In this document: positions 9,185 through 18,798 of the stretch, piece after piece | Numbering within the stretch: position 1 is the first letter of the stretch | Layout of the letters: every line of letters starts with the position of its first letter | Assembly (NCBI GenBank): GCA_963776275.1 | Contig: CAVZMI010000021.1 | Location: forward strand, 1-64,000 | Length of the DNA stretch: 64,000 nucleotides | Direction: 5' to 3' | From: Ignavibacteriota bacterium | Lineage (GTDB): Bacteria > Bacteroidota > Ignavibacteria > UBA10030 > CAVZMI01 | Made by a program: the position numbers and the translations under genes | The notes under the pieces: model-generated | The model's input: only the letters and a program-made list of their open reading frames with translations | Told to the model about the DNA's origin: nothing | Database searches by the model: none

Positions 9185-12100
9185 TTAATCTTTAGATTTT
9201 GGCGCTTCGATAAATCGGACTGTTTGTATACGGCAGATCTTTTTATAATCACAATAACTGCATACACGATCGATCTTATCGGGTGTTGTAAGCGGAAATT
9301 TACCCTCAGCGACGCTATCGACAAATTCATTAACGGTGTCGATTGCCCGCGATATCACCTGCCGGAGTTCGGAATCATTGTCGACCAATCGAGTCGACCG
9401 AGAATGTGCATTAAATGCCTTTTCGTTATACTCCTGATTGCCCAATCCCAGTTTTCGTTCGACGGGTGATCGTAGTTGATAATAGATACCGGCTGCAGGC
9501 GTCAGCGGCTGTTTCATTTTTTTCCGTAATATTATTTCCACTGCATGAAGATACATCGGGAGCTGAAGGCTTATTCCTTCATCTATTTCTTTTCTGGTCG
9601 CGATAGTTTTTCCGGTTTTATAATCGACAATTCCAAATTCCGAAGGACCTATTTCTATCCTGTCTATTTTCCCGCGCATCCTGATATTTCCGAACTTAAG
9701 CGGTTCTTCGTGCGATAACAACGGATCGCTTTTTCTTCGTGAGCCTGTTTTCCCGCCAAATCCCACTTCAAAATATGCAGGAACCGTATCCAGCGTGCTC
9801 TCTCTTTCTTTATCAAGAAATTCTTTCAACACTCCCCGGCGCAGGGTACTGAAACCGAGAATGGATTCCTTTTCAACATCCCAGAACACATCGGAAACAA
9901 GAACTTCATTCAATTTGCGCGTGGCGAGTTGCTGTAATTCCTGTACGGCATTGTTATAATCTTCATCGGAACATTGTGCAAGCGGCGGCTTGCCGGCCTG
10001 CCGGCGCGAAAAATAAAATTCAAAAAGAATTTCATGTAATATTGTCCCGCGCTCGATCGGCGTCAGCTCTTCCTCGATCGATTCGATCACACTCAACCGG
10101 AGAATCCGATGTGCAAAGAATTGAAACGGACATTTCCCGTATGTTTCAAGCTGGCTGACCGAATAAACCCGATTTCTCATCCTGTCGAGCGGTTTCTTAT
10201 CATCCGGTCCGAGCACATCGGCGATGATTCCCTCGTATTCGGGTAATGCATGCGTCTCGATACGACTCCGCTCGACAGCAATACCATGATCAATGTGCAA
10301 TAGATTCTCTTGTATAATAGAAGACGCTCCAGCGAATAAGAAGTTCCCTTGCCCTTCATTTCCCTGTGCATGGATTGTCCCGTAGGCTGTATATAGGTCC
10401 GCTTCCGAATAAATCATTGAAGCGAGCCGTGCAACTTCTTCTTTCGACCACTCATGCAGAACCGCAATCTTCCTCAGCGCATCAATGAAAACCGATTGGA
10501 CAAGCTCGGTCTTTTCGTCCTTACGAGGGTAGAACAAATAAAGCTCTTTTGAAAAATTTGTAATCCCCTGATAAAAGAGATTTCTGTATTCCCGTGCATG
10601 ACGTTCTTCTGTCTTTCGCCGGTGTTTACTTAGAAAAATTTCGGGTTGATATAGCGCGGGAAATTCACCGTCAACAAGTCCTGCTATAATCATGACATCG
10701 AACTCAAGGCCGCGTGTTTCTTCGATCGACGTCACATAGACGCCATACCCATGCTTCTGACGTACATTAAACCGCACCTGTCCCACTGCGGTTTTTAATT
10801 GATCGAGATAGAACGAGAGTGTTTCTCTTCGTTTTCCTTTTCCTTGAAATTCCAGTAATTCCAGTACATCGTCGATCAATGATAGGAATTTTTTAAAAGC
10901 ACGGGCTTCGAGCTCCCGCTGATTATGGGGCATCGTATTCTTATCACCATTAAGAATCATCGAGACAACCTGCATTTGATCGAGCAACCGCAGTAAATTG
11001 CATTGAAATTCATAGGGTGTCATCGGGGAACCGAATGGAGAAAGAAGCTGTTCAAGGGTGCGTATATCTTCCTCGGCTCGAGTAAGCTGCTCAAGCCCAC
11101 GGCGATATTCTTCCTGTTCAGATTCGTCTGTAGTTTCCTCGAGCTCCGAACGTAGAAGCGATACACGCGACGAGATATGCTTGTGCCACGTCGCGCGTCC
11201 GGTTGTAATCTTTAACTGCCGTGCAACAGAATACAAATTCGCGGTATCGATGGATCGCTGACCAGAGATTTCCCGGGCGAGAGAGCAGTACGAACTGGCA
11301 AGCGCTCTGAGGACGTTTTTCTGTCGAAAATTATTCCGGGCAACATCGAGCATGGCAAGAATAGAGACGATTACCGGCGATGATGAAAGTCGGTACCGGT
11401 CGGTGATATTCACCGGAATACCGTATGTACGAAAAATCTCATGGAAGAGTCCCGTATAGTTCGTCGTTTCATACGTCGCGACACATATCTTGCTCGGACT
11501 TATATCTGGATGATCGATGAGATATCTTTTCACAATACGGGCGACCAAATCCACTTCATTACGGCGGTCCGGAGCCTCGATGAGGTGAATTTCCTTCTTC
11601 ATATCCATCTTTGATGTAAGTGACCGCCTTGAAAATAAATGCCGTGCGATATGATTTCGGAATTTACCGTTTCCTCCTTCTCTGTCCTTATCTTTACGCA
11701 TCGAACGAAATCCACGATTCCGGAACACTTCTACATTCTCACTCAAATTTCCAAAAACCGCGGGATTCTCATCGTCGTAATCAAAGCTGATGATGATGCC
11801 GAGTGAACGGACGCATGTTAGTGACTCGAGCATCCGTTGTTCCGGGAGTGCAAACTCACTGAAACCCTCCATAAAGAACGTATCCACACCGGGAAAAATT
11901 TTTCTAAAAATCTGGTCGGCTGTTTCCACAGTGAAGTGTTCATTGAGTTCTTTATAAATTCCACCTGCATCGATATATCCATATTCATGAAGCCGCCGTT
12001 CATATTCTGTATAGATCAGCGAGATATCATGTAACTTGTTCTGCTCGTCATTCTCTGCCAGAGCTAATTCCTGCTCAAACTGCTCGTGGTACAATCCTTT

Positions 12101-12502
12101 TTCCTTCATATTATTGAGAACCTCAATAATTTTCTGGAACGTACCGCGCGGCAGCCGGTCGTTTCCTTGCGGAAAGAAATACTTCAAATTTCTCGCGAGA
12201 TGGTTGATGGCTTCATTGACAATGACTGCCTGAACCGGACCCTGCACCGTACGTTTCGGCGAACAGGCGGTATAGTACAATTGTCTCGCCAGCAGCGATA
12301 GTGTATAGAGATTGAACGTCGGAGATACACCACCTGGTGCGTGATGAAGAAGTTTTCGTTGGAGTTCCCGGACACGGCGTTTGGTCGGGACGACGGCGAT
12401 GAATGAAATTTCTTTCCTCTCGCGAACGCGGGATGATAGTTCTTCTTCCATCGAAGGTACAAACGACAGCGCTTTATTCAAAAGAATCAGCGGCATAGAC
12501 AA
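9185..12502 (-). CDS. AddB/RexB-like ATP-dependent helicase-nuclease subunit (PD-(D/E)XK nuclease with Fe-S staple)
   Basis: Inactive SF1-like N-terminus (VVPTKRRVREL, RGLEFD); SVSQLETYGKCPF, GTILHEIL, RGKIDRIE, IVDYKTG, LQLPMY, CSYCDYKKIC. Confidence 0.85.
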   Translation of the reverse strand: MSMPLILLNKALSFVPSMEEELSSRVRERKEISFIAVVPTKRRVRELQRKLLHHAPGGVSPTFNLYTLSLLARQLYYTACSPKRTVQGPVQAVIVNEAINHLARNLKYFFPQGNDRLPRGTFQKIIEVLNNMKEKGLYHEQFEQELALAENDEQNKLHDISLIYTEYERRLHEYGYIDAGGIYKELNEHFTVETADQIFRKIFPGVDTFFMEGFSEFALPEQRMLESLTCVRSLGIIISFDYDDENPAVFGNLSENVEVFRNRGFRSMRKDKDREGGNGKFRNHIARHLFSRRSLTSKMDMKKEIHLIEAPDRRNEVDLVARIVKRYLIDHPDISPSKICVATYETTNYTGLFHEIFRTYGIPVNITDRYRLSSSPVIVSILAMLDVARNNFRQKNVLRALASSYCSLAREISGQRSIDTANLYSVARQLKITTGRATWHKHISSRVSLLRSELEETTDESEQEEYRRGLEQLTRAEEDIRTLEQLLSPFGSPMTPYEFQCNLLRLLDQMQVVSMILNGDKNTMPHNQRELEARAFKKFLSLIDDVLELLEFQGKGKRRETLSFYLDQLKTAVGQVRFNVRQKHGYGVYVTSIEETRGLEFDVMIIAGLVDGEFPALYQPEIFLSKHRRKTEERHAREYRNLFYQGITNFSKELYLFYPRKDEKTELVQSVFIDALRKIAVLHEWSKEEVARLASMIYSEADLYTAYGTIHAQGNEGQGNFLFAGASSIIQENLLHIDHGIAVERSRIETHALPEYEGIIADVLGPDDKKPLDRMRNRVYSVSQLETYGKCPFQFFAHRILRLSVIESIEEELTPIERGTILHEILFEFYFSRRQAGKPPLAQCSDEDYNNAVQELQQLATRKLNEVLVSDVFWDVEKESILGFSTLRRGVLKEFLDKERESTLDTVPAYFEVGFGGKTGSRRKSDPLLSHEEPLKFGNIRMRGKIDRIEIGPSEFGIVDYKTGKTIATRKEIDEGISLQLPMYLHAVEIILRKKMKQPLTPAAGIYYQLRSPVERKLGLGNQEYNEKAFNAHSRSTRLVDNDSELRQVISRAIDTVNEFVDSVAEGKFPLTTPDKIDRVCSYCDYKKICRIQTVRFIEAPKSKD

Positions 12503-12877
12503 TTACTGCGCGCTCGAAATGGCATTTTGGATTGCGAGGACGATATCGGCAATCCTCATTGGTTTTTGTATGAAGGAATGAATTCCGGCAGTATTAATCT
12601 CAGCAGGTAACTCGAGCGGGGAGTGGCCGCTGATAATGATTACCGGGACACCAAGTTCGTGCTCCCGGATATATCGGGCAAATTCAATTCCATTCATGAT
12701 CGGCATGTCAAGATCAACGATTGCTACATCCGGTTTTTTCTTCATGATTTCACTAAGTCCCGTCTCTCCATCCGGCGCTGTAATACAGGTGATATTCTCT
12801 TGCGCAAGAAGTATTGAAATGCTTTCCAGAAACGATGTATCGTCATCCACCACAAGAACCGTAACAGCGTTCGGCAT
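12503..12877 (-). CDS. Single-domain response regulator
   Basis: VLVVDDD, DLDMP, ISG, QKP receiver motifs. Confidence 0.92.
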   Translation of the reverse strand: MPNAVTVLVVDDDTSFLESISILLAQENITCITAPDGETGLSEIMKKKPDVAIVDLDMPIMNGIEFARYIREHELGVPVIIISGHSPLELPAEINTAGIHSFIQKPMRIADIVLAIQNAISSAQ

Positions 12878-12899
12878 GCAAATTCTCCTGTATCCTTTA

Positions 12900-13430
12900 T
12901 TACAATGATTCGACCGAAGAGATTTTTTTCAGAGTGACAGTCTGCGTCTTTGCATCGTACACAGCCTGGATCATCCACCGGAACGATGCCTGTGGTGTCT
13001 GATCAATCCCATGAAAAACAAGACAGCATATTGATCCGGGTGAAAAAGAGATTTTTTTATTCATACCGATCAGGGTCGATGCCGTGATCCCGATTGTCGG
13101 TTCATGTCCAACCAGAGCCAGAGAATCCAGGTGTTGATATTGCGGGAGAAATCGTAATATCTGTTCGGGCGATCCTCCCGCACCGAGTGCCAGAATAATT
13201 TCGACTTTATTCGGAGAGTTGATTATCGCCGATAGAATTTCGGCAGTCTGGACTGCTCGAAGCAACGGGCTTGAAAAAATCCGCTCTATCAGTATTTGTT
13301 GATCGGCACACCAACGGCCGACCTTCTTCACGACTTCTCTTCCATCCGAAGAGAGAACGCGGTAATCGTCGGGAACATCCCCGGAATTGCGATCAACTGC
13401 TTCTGCGTGTCGGATAAGATATAGTATCAT
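12900..13430 (-). CDS. sixA: Phosphohistidine phosphatase SixA-like
   Basis: LYLIRHAEA, SSPLLRAVQTA, LVGHEP. Confidence 0.85.
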   Translation of the reverse strand: MILYLIRHAEAVDRNSGDVPDDYRVLSSDGREVVKKVGRWCADQQILIERIFSSPLLRAVQTAEILSAIINSPNKVEIILALGAGGSPEQILRFLPQYQHLDSLALVGHEPTIGITASTLIGMNKKISFSPGSICCLVFHGIDQTPQASFRWMIQAVYDAKTQTVTLKKISSVESL

Positions 13431-14428
13431 CGAACAAATGATATTATTTCTCCTCCTCCTTTCATCACTGCATCGAGAATAAGCTGATTTTTTAAACCCT
13501 CTTCCCCTGGTATTGACGGAGTCGTATCGTCCATGATACATCGGGAGAAATCATCAATCTCATCAGTGTACAGATTGCCGACAGGAACGATAAACTCTTC
13601 CGTAACAGGCTCATCCGGATCCTCGGCAGTTGTAAGCGTGATCAGGGGAGAATACATGATCCATGAAAAACCGAAGCATGTAATCATCCCCTTTGAACCT
13701 ATAATCTCAAGCGTGGTTCGCCGAATTCCGGATACGAACGATACCGTGACATTCGCCAGTGTTGATCCGCGGAATTTCATGGCGATCACAGAGGATGATT
13801 CTGTGAGGAGCTCCGTCGGTTCGGGCTGTATGACCGAGCGAATTGTCTCCACTTCATCATCGAGGACATATCGGAGCGTGTCGATACAGTGAACCCCGAT
13901 ATCGAAGACCGGGCCGCCGCCTGCAAGTGTGCGGTCGAAAAACCACGAGCGCTGTGAGTCTCTTGCCGGAAACACGAACTCACACCGGACGGTTGCAACT
14001 TTTCCAATGCGACCACTCCGGATCATGTCCTTGATTTTCCGGACAGCAGGCGAGAAACGCACCATATGTGCCACCATCAGCTTAACGCGGTTGGTACGGC
14101 ATGCATCTATCATTTTTCGGCATTCTCCGGCATTCATTGCCATCGGTTTTTCTACCAGCACATGTTTACCGGCTTCGGCTGCAAGGATTGTCTCTGCACA
14201 GCGTGTCGAATTCACTCCCGTACTGAAGACTACCTGTATCTCCGGATCTCTCACGAGTTCTGCCGGGTCGGTGTATGCCCGACATGACCATTGGTCGGCG
14301 ATTTTTTGGGCTGCCTCGCGATTCCGCTTTTGTAAGGCGACAAGCTTCGAAAATTTTGCCCTAAGAAATGCAGGAGCGAGGGTCTTCTCTGCAAAACTCC
14401 CAAAACCTACGATGCCATAGTTTATCAT
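13427..14428 (-). CDS. Gfo/Idh/MocA family oxidoreductase
   Basis: GIVGFG, VLVEKP, GGGPVFDIGVH. Confidence 0.93.
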   Translation of the reverse strand: MINYGIVGFGSFAEKTLAPAFLRAKFSKLVALQKRNREAAQKIADQWSCRAYTDPAELVRDPEIQVVFSTGVNSTRCAETILAAEAGKHVLVEKPMAMNAGECRKMIDACRTNRVKLMVAHMVRFSPAVRKIKDMIRSGRIGKVATVRCEFVFPARDSQRSWFFDRTLAGGGPVFDIGVHCIDTLRYVLDDEVETIRSVIQPEPTELLTESSSVIAMKFRGSTLANVTVSFVSGIRRTTLEIIGSKGMITCFGFSWIMYSPLITLTTAEDPDEPVTEEFIVPVGNLYTDEIDDFSRCIMDDTTPSIPGEEGLKNQLILDAVMKGGGEIISFVR

Positions 14429-14643
14429 GTCTTCCTGAAAAATTTGTTCGGATCAAATTTTGGTTTTCGGATAACATACTTTTTGTGCATGTCTTCCAAT
14501 TTCTGCAGTGTCATTACATCAAGTTCTTCATCATCTTTGTGACGCTTCATTGCCATCTCGAACACATATTCTTCGTCACGCGATAATTTGTTGCAGAAGT
14601 CATTTAGATCCGCAAGGAGTTCTTTCTGACGAGAAAAACTCAT
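14425..14643 (-). CDS. Small hypothetical protein
   Basis: Probable start MSFSRQK; stop overlaps the start of the downstream oxidoreductase. Confidence 0.6.
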   Translation of the reverse strand: MSFSRQKELLADLNDFCNKLSRDEEYVFEMAMKRHKDDEELDVMTLQKLEDMHKKYVIRKPKFDPNKFFRKT

Positions 14644-14857
14644 TCGGCGTCCCTTCACAATGATAGAAAGAAAATACAAAATTTCCAGAAAGAAGTCGAG
14701 CAAATCGTTTGAAAAGATAATCCATTGACAGTAAATAACGATGCCCTGGGCCATATTTCCGATAAAAAGCTTGATTCTTCTATTGGAAAATTTTATGTTT
14801 CCACAGTTGTTCTCGAGATGAAGCACATCCCAGAAAACTAATATTCGGGATATCCGT

Positions 14858-15673
14858 ATGCGCCGTTTTCTCATGATTCTATCGCTCATGTTGCTTTCTG
14901 CTTCGCAAAATCACGCCCAGAGATCCCTACAACTCCCCGATTCCTTGATAAAGGCAATCCGGGAATCCGAAAAGATCGGGAAGGCGATCTACGAGAACGA
15001 TTACTTTTCGGCTGCAGCAACAGATATTCTATTCGAAAAGGAAATATTACCGCATGAAAAAAATATCCGCGGATGGCTCACACTAGAAACACCGACACAA
15101 TGGGTCATAAAGTTTTATGGGATGGATGGAAATGATTATGTCTCACTTCATGAAGTTACTTACTCAAAAAAGAATCCAAAATATCCGCAGTTATGGTCGC
15201 ATGCCAGACCCCCCGCCCTTTCGTCTTCGGAACAGGCAATGTGCAAGGCACGAACACTGGCAATCCGGCAAAAATTCATGCAATGTGAAGACCATTACAA
15301 TTCAATCGTTTTCCCCGGATCGTTATTCGGCTTATCCGGATGGGTCATATATTTACTCGCGGCAACGCAACGACAGGGCGAAGTAGTAATCGGCGGACAC
15401 CATCGCATGGACATCTCATCGGATGGAACTACACTCATAGCAAAACATCAATTATCCGAAGCCTGCCTGACCATTCCATCGATTAAAAAATCGCACCTCG
15501 ACAAAGACGCCAATGTTGAAGGCCTTGTTGTTACGCAACTCCTTACTGATTATCCGACGGAAATTCATGTTTTTTTGAGTCTGCTCCACCATTATCCATT
15601 GTATGTTGCAACAAAAAATTATCGCTGGAATGTCCACGACGGGAAAATCGATCTGATATCGATCGAAAAATAA
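14858..15673 (+). CDS. Hypothetical secreted protein
   Basis: 271 aa with signal peptide; IGGHHR and PTEIHVFLSL segments. Confidence 0.7.
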   Translation: MRRFLMILSLMLLSASQNHAQRSLQLPDSLIKAIRESEKIGKAIYENDYFSAAATDILFEKEILPHEKNIRGWLTLETPTQWVIKFYGMDGNDYVSLHEVTYSKKNPKYPQLWSHARPPALSSSEQAMCKARTLAIRQKFMQCEDHYNSIVFPGSLFGLSGWVIYLLAATQRQGEVVIGGHHRMDISSDGTTLIAKHQLSEACLTIPSIKKSHLDKDANVEGLVVTQLLTDYPTEIHVFLSLLHHYPLYVATKNYRWNVHDGKIDLISIEK

Positions 15674-15937
15674 TAGCTATCATCGGTAGATGATAGACAC
15701 ACCGATAAAAGACGACAATATATGGCAAAGAATTTTTAAAACAGACCGGAATCGGCATCAGGCGAGGGAACTGCTGATTATAGTAGAGTGTTATTTTTCG
15801 TACATATTACACCCACATAAACAAAGGAATAACAAAGAGTAAAGAAAGGTATAAAAAGGGCTATATTATAAGGGGTTAATCGAGGGTAGATCGAGTTTTT
15901 GTTCTACTCTTTTTTTTATATCTTACGCATTTTCTTG

Positions 15938-15966
15938 TTGAATATTTGTTGCCGATGTGTTATATT
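15938..15966 (+). promoter_or_regulatory. Sigma70-type promoter of the first operon of the element
   Basis: TTGAAT-N17-TATATT with TG extension, upstream of ORF 16014. Confidence 0.55.
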
Positions 15967-16013
15967 GATAGTGCAGGCAATTTCACCTATCATTCTATCA
16001 ATGGAGGATCGTC

Positions 16014-16394
16014 ATGAAACACATTTTAAGCACCGAACAGGCCGCACATATTATTCATGCAATGGAAACGTTGCAGGATATTCCCTCGACAGAACTGGAA
16101 ATTATTGATTCGAGGTTGCATTTTGTCACTGCCGTATATAGTGCCGAGGATCAAGACTTGTTTAACGATGAAATAAACGAAGCGGTGAAAATACCCCGGT
16201 GGGATGCACGATATGCCTTTAATCTTCTCGAAGAAGCAGGTCGAAATATTCGTGACCTTCGGAAAAAAATTGAAACGTTGGTCGATGAATTACAGGATTC
16301 TTGTGAGAGAGTTTCTAAAGAAGTTTCTTGCACAAGTAAACTTTTAACTAAAGAACAACAAAAAATCATATCGAGTATTATACTGGCTGAATGA
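16014..16394 (+). CDS. Hypothetical protein (helical/coiled-coil)
   Basis: 126 aa ORF with GGAGG RBS. Confidence 0.7.
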   Translation: MKHILSTEQAAHIIHAMETLQDIPSTELEIIDSRLHFVTAVYSAEDQDLFNDEINEAVKIPRWDARYAFNLLEEAGRNIRDLRKKIETLVDELQDSCERVSKEVSCTSKLLTKEQQKIISSIILAE

Positions 16395-16442
16395 ATTTTT
16401 ACTCTAATATTCTCACTCACTGCATTTTCATGGAGATCTATC

Positions 16443-16799
16443 ATGAAACCTAAATTAAGCAGACTAAGAATTGATTCAATCGGTTTTATGACGATGGCAC
16501 GTAAAGAGAGAAAGTATATAACTTTCTTTTATTATCCATCTGTTTTTACGTCATACTTCAAAGAGAAAAATCCACGCGAGGGAGAACCGATTTATATTCT
16601 ACGTAATCAATGCAGAACTAATAAAGAGGTGGGAAGGTTATACGAGGCTATTGGATGCTGTGGGTTTATGTTTGCCACCGAATTCGAGGAAAGAAAAGAA
16701 AGGGCGCTATCAAAGCATTACATTCTGGAAATTGTGCCTTCAATGTACAACGTTCTAACGGTACCCAACCTCAGATTAGAACAACATAAATTCAATTAA
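16443..16799 (+). CDS. Hypothetical protein
   Basis: 118 aa ORF with GGAG RBS. Confidence 0.65.
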   Translation: MKPKLSRLRIDSIGFMTMARKERKYITFFYYPSVFTSYFKEKNPREGEPIYILRNQCRTNKEVGRLYEAIGCCGFMFATEFEERKERALSKHYILEIVPSMYNVLTVPNLRLEQHKFN

Positions 16800-16825
16800 C
16801 TCACTATTATTTTTTGAGGTTCATT

Positions 16826-17902
16826 ATGAGTGTTTCGATTCGTAAACGCATATTAAAAAGCGGGAAGACGCGGGTCTATTTTGATATTTACGGATATGAT
16901 GATATACCCGGTCATAAAAAACGCGAGACGAAGAAGTATGAATTTCTTCCCGGTGATCGAGAGAACAACAAAAGAATGCTAATGCAGGCGGAGTTAATAA
17001 AGGCGAAAATAATTGAGGATCTAAACAATGAACGCTGGGGTCTGCGGAGTTCGGACAAACGGGAAAGGGGGTTTGTGAAATTCGCACAGGATTTCATAGA
17101 AACTCGGACAGCACCGAACACTAAAATATCTTATAAAAGGGCCTTGCAGCACTTGATTAATTTCGGGGGGGCCGGGCTTACCTTTGCCAGTCTAACTACC
17201 GGCAAACTTGAACAATTCCGGGCCTATCTACTTGAAAAGGTCTCTGCAAATTCAGCTCAAATGTACTTCGTAAGAATTAAGACGGTGCTGCGTAAAGCCG
17301 TGAACGAGGGCAATCTTGCCTTTAATCCGGCGGCGGGAATCATTATCAAAAAGCAAGAGAAACTCCCTTCATACCTTACGATTAAGGAAATCAGGGCACT
17401 GGCAAAAACACCTTGCCAGAACGCACAGGTGAAGGCTGCCTTTTTATTTTCGTGTTTCTCAGGTCTCCGATATGGAGACGTTGATTCCTTGACCTGGGAT
17501 CGGGTAAAAGAGGGATATTTAGTCTTCACTCAAAGGAAGACAGGGATTCCTGAACGTCTTCCATTATCTCAGCAAGCCTTGAAGATTCTACGAGCACAAA
17601 AGAGAGTCAAACCTAACCCTCGACTCCGTAGATCGAGACCGGCGAACTGTGTCTTTCTCTTGCCGTCTCAGCAGCAAGTCGATAGGCAATTAAAGGGATG
17701 GGCAGCGGATGCGGGGATCGGGAAATCAATATCATTCCACAAGGCCCGGCATACCTTTGCGACTCTTGCTCTATCGAGTGGCGTTTCCCTTTATGTGGTT
17801 TCCAAATTGCTCGGACATAAAAACGTACAGACAACAGAAATTTATACGCAAGTGATTGATTCTCGAAAACGACGTGCAATAGGTAAATTGCCCCGGCTCT
17901 AA
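16826..17902 (+). CDS. Tyrosine recombinase/integrase (Bacteroidota type)
   Basis: Intact catalytic set: GLRYGD (R), QRKT (K), FHKARHTFAT (HxxR), LLGH, TTEIY (Y). Confidence 0.95.
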   Translation: MSVSIRKRILKSGKTRVYFDIYGYDDIPGHKKRETKKYEFLPGDRENNKRMLMQAELIKAKIIEDLNNERWGLRSSDKRERGFVKFAQDFIETRTAPNTKISYKRALQHLINFGGAGLTFASLTTGKLEQFRAYLLEKVSANSAQMYFVRIKTVLRKAVNEGNLAFNPAAGIIIKKQEKLPSYLTIKEIRALAKTPCQNAQVKAAFLFSCFSGLRYGDVDSLTWDRVKEGYLVFTQRKTGIPERLPLSQQALKILRAQKRVKPNPRLRRSRPANCVFLLPSQQQVDRQLKGWAADAGIGKSISFHKARHTFATLALSSGVSLYVVSKLLGHKNVQTTEIYTQVIDSRKRRAIGKLPRL

Positions 17903-17944
17903 ATTATAAAATACAAAATGTCAAAATGAACACGAAAAAAATAT

Positions 17945-18018
17945 AAGCGCTTCTTCTCCGTCACTCTCAAAAGGGGTGGGCCTATCGTGTAGGCTTTGAC
18001 GCGGGGAATGAAGCGCTT
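17945..18018 (+). ncRNA. Candidate three-stem (C4/CI-like) structured RNA
   Basis: Outer stem aagcgcttc/gaagcgctt plus ttctccg/cggggaa; inner hairpins with loops caaaa and tcgtg. Confidence 0.5.
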
Positions 18019-18037
18019 TTGTTTTGTGAGGTGAGAA

Positions 18038-18604
18038 ATGAAGAAAGAAACTAAATACAAAATTGCTGGTGAGTTTTTAAAGATTGAAGAAACACCAACA
18101 GGTTTTAGAATATACTATATGAACGAATTCGGAAAAATCTGGTGGTTTTCAAAAAGTAAGACAAGCCTAATTGATACAATAACAAACTGGGAAGTAGATA
18201 TTCCGAGATTGCAAAAAGAACTATCGAAAACCAGCGATCCAGTGAAGGCAGGAAAAATAAAAAGCAACATCGAATGGCGTATACATAATACTTTATGGCC
18301 GGAAATGTACAAAGCCTATTGCCGGGGTGAAAACCTTGATAGATTTTTCAGCAAACGAATCAAGCAACAAGAAGTATACACGGGAAAGCGTACACCTTAT
18401 CGGGGAAAATCGGAAGGTGCAGCACACAAAATTTTTAAGATGGCCGAAAAAAGGAAAGATAAAGATATAAGGGCAGCAGCACATATTTTTTTCAATACCC
18501 ACACATTTCTGGAACGTCCCGGACTTACGTTTGAACAATTTTATAACAGCATTATAAAAGTGCCTCACTCTAAAAAATTGATAGTGAAAAGTAGTGAAAA
18601 GTAG
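18038..18604 (+). CDS. Basic hypothetical protein between integrase and Xis-like gene
   Basis: 188 aa, Lys-rich, GAGG RBS. Confidence 0.75.
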   Translation: MKKETKYKIAGEFLKIEETPTGFRIYYMNEFGKIWWFSKSKTSLIDTITNWEVDIPRLQKELSKTSDPVKAGKIKSNIEWRIHNTLWPEMYKAYCRGENLDRFFSKRIKQQEVYTGKRTPYRGKSEGAAHKIFKMAEKRKDKDIRAAAHIFFNTHTFLERPGLTFEQFYNSIIKVPHSKKLIVKSSEK

Positions 18605-18620
18605 TGAACGGTACTGAACG
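18581..18620 (+). repeat. Four 10-bp direct repeats (putative protein-binding sites)
   Basis: atagtgaaaa gtagtgaaaa gtagtgaacg gtactgaacg. Confidence 0.75.
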
Positions 18621-18660
18621 AAAATTAGTGCTTTTGATATAGCTTCTTTTATTTTTCATA

Positions 18661-18770
18661 CCGTAGACTGATGTTGAAGCCTACGGAGAAGTCCGCAAGA
18701 GTTTTAAAGCCTTGTTGGACAGGCTCTCCTACTCAAAAAGGTAGGCGGGCTTCTCCAATGAGGCTTTTTT
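18661..18770 (+). promoter_or_regulatory. Structured leader with alternative terminator/antiterminator folds
   Basis: aaagccttgttgga...tccaatgaggcttt followed by T-tract, competing with ggagaagtccgc/gcgggcttctcc pairing. Confidence 0.55.
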
Positions 18771-18798
18771 ATTTATAACAATAAGGGGAGAAAGGGAA

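Noticed and set aside
15674-15800. tRNA/tmRNA integration target
   Set aside because: No cloverleaf, T-loop GTTCGA or CCA end visible at either boundary
16826-17902. Integron integrase or XerC/D
   Set aside because: No IntI-specific insertion or attC array seen; N-terminal arm-binding-like region and context indicate a mobile-element integrase
18661-18690. Hammerhead ribozyme (ctgatg...gaa)
   Set aside because: Lacks the CUGANGA and GAAA core arranged around three stems
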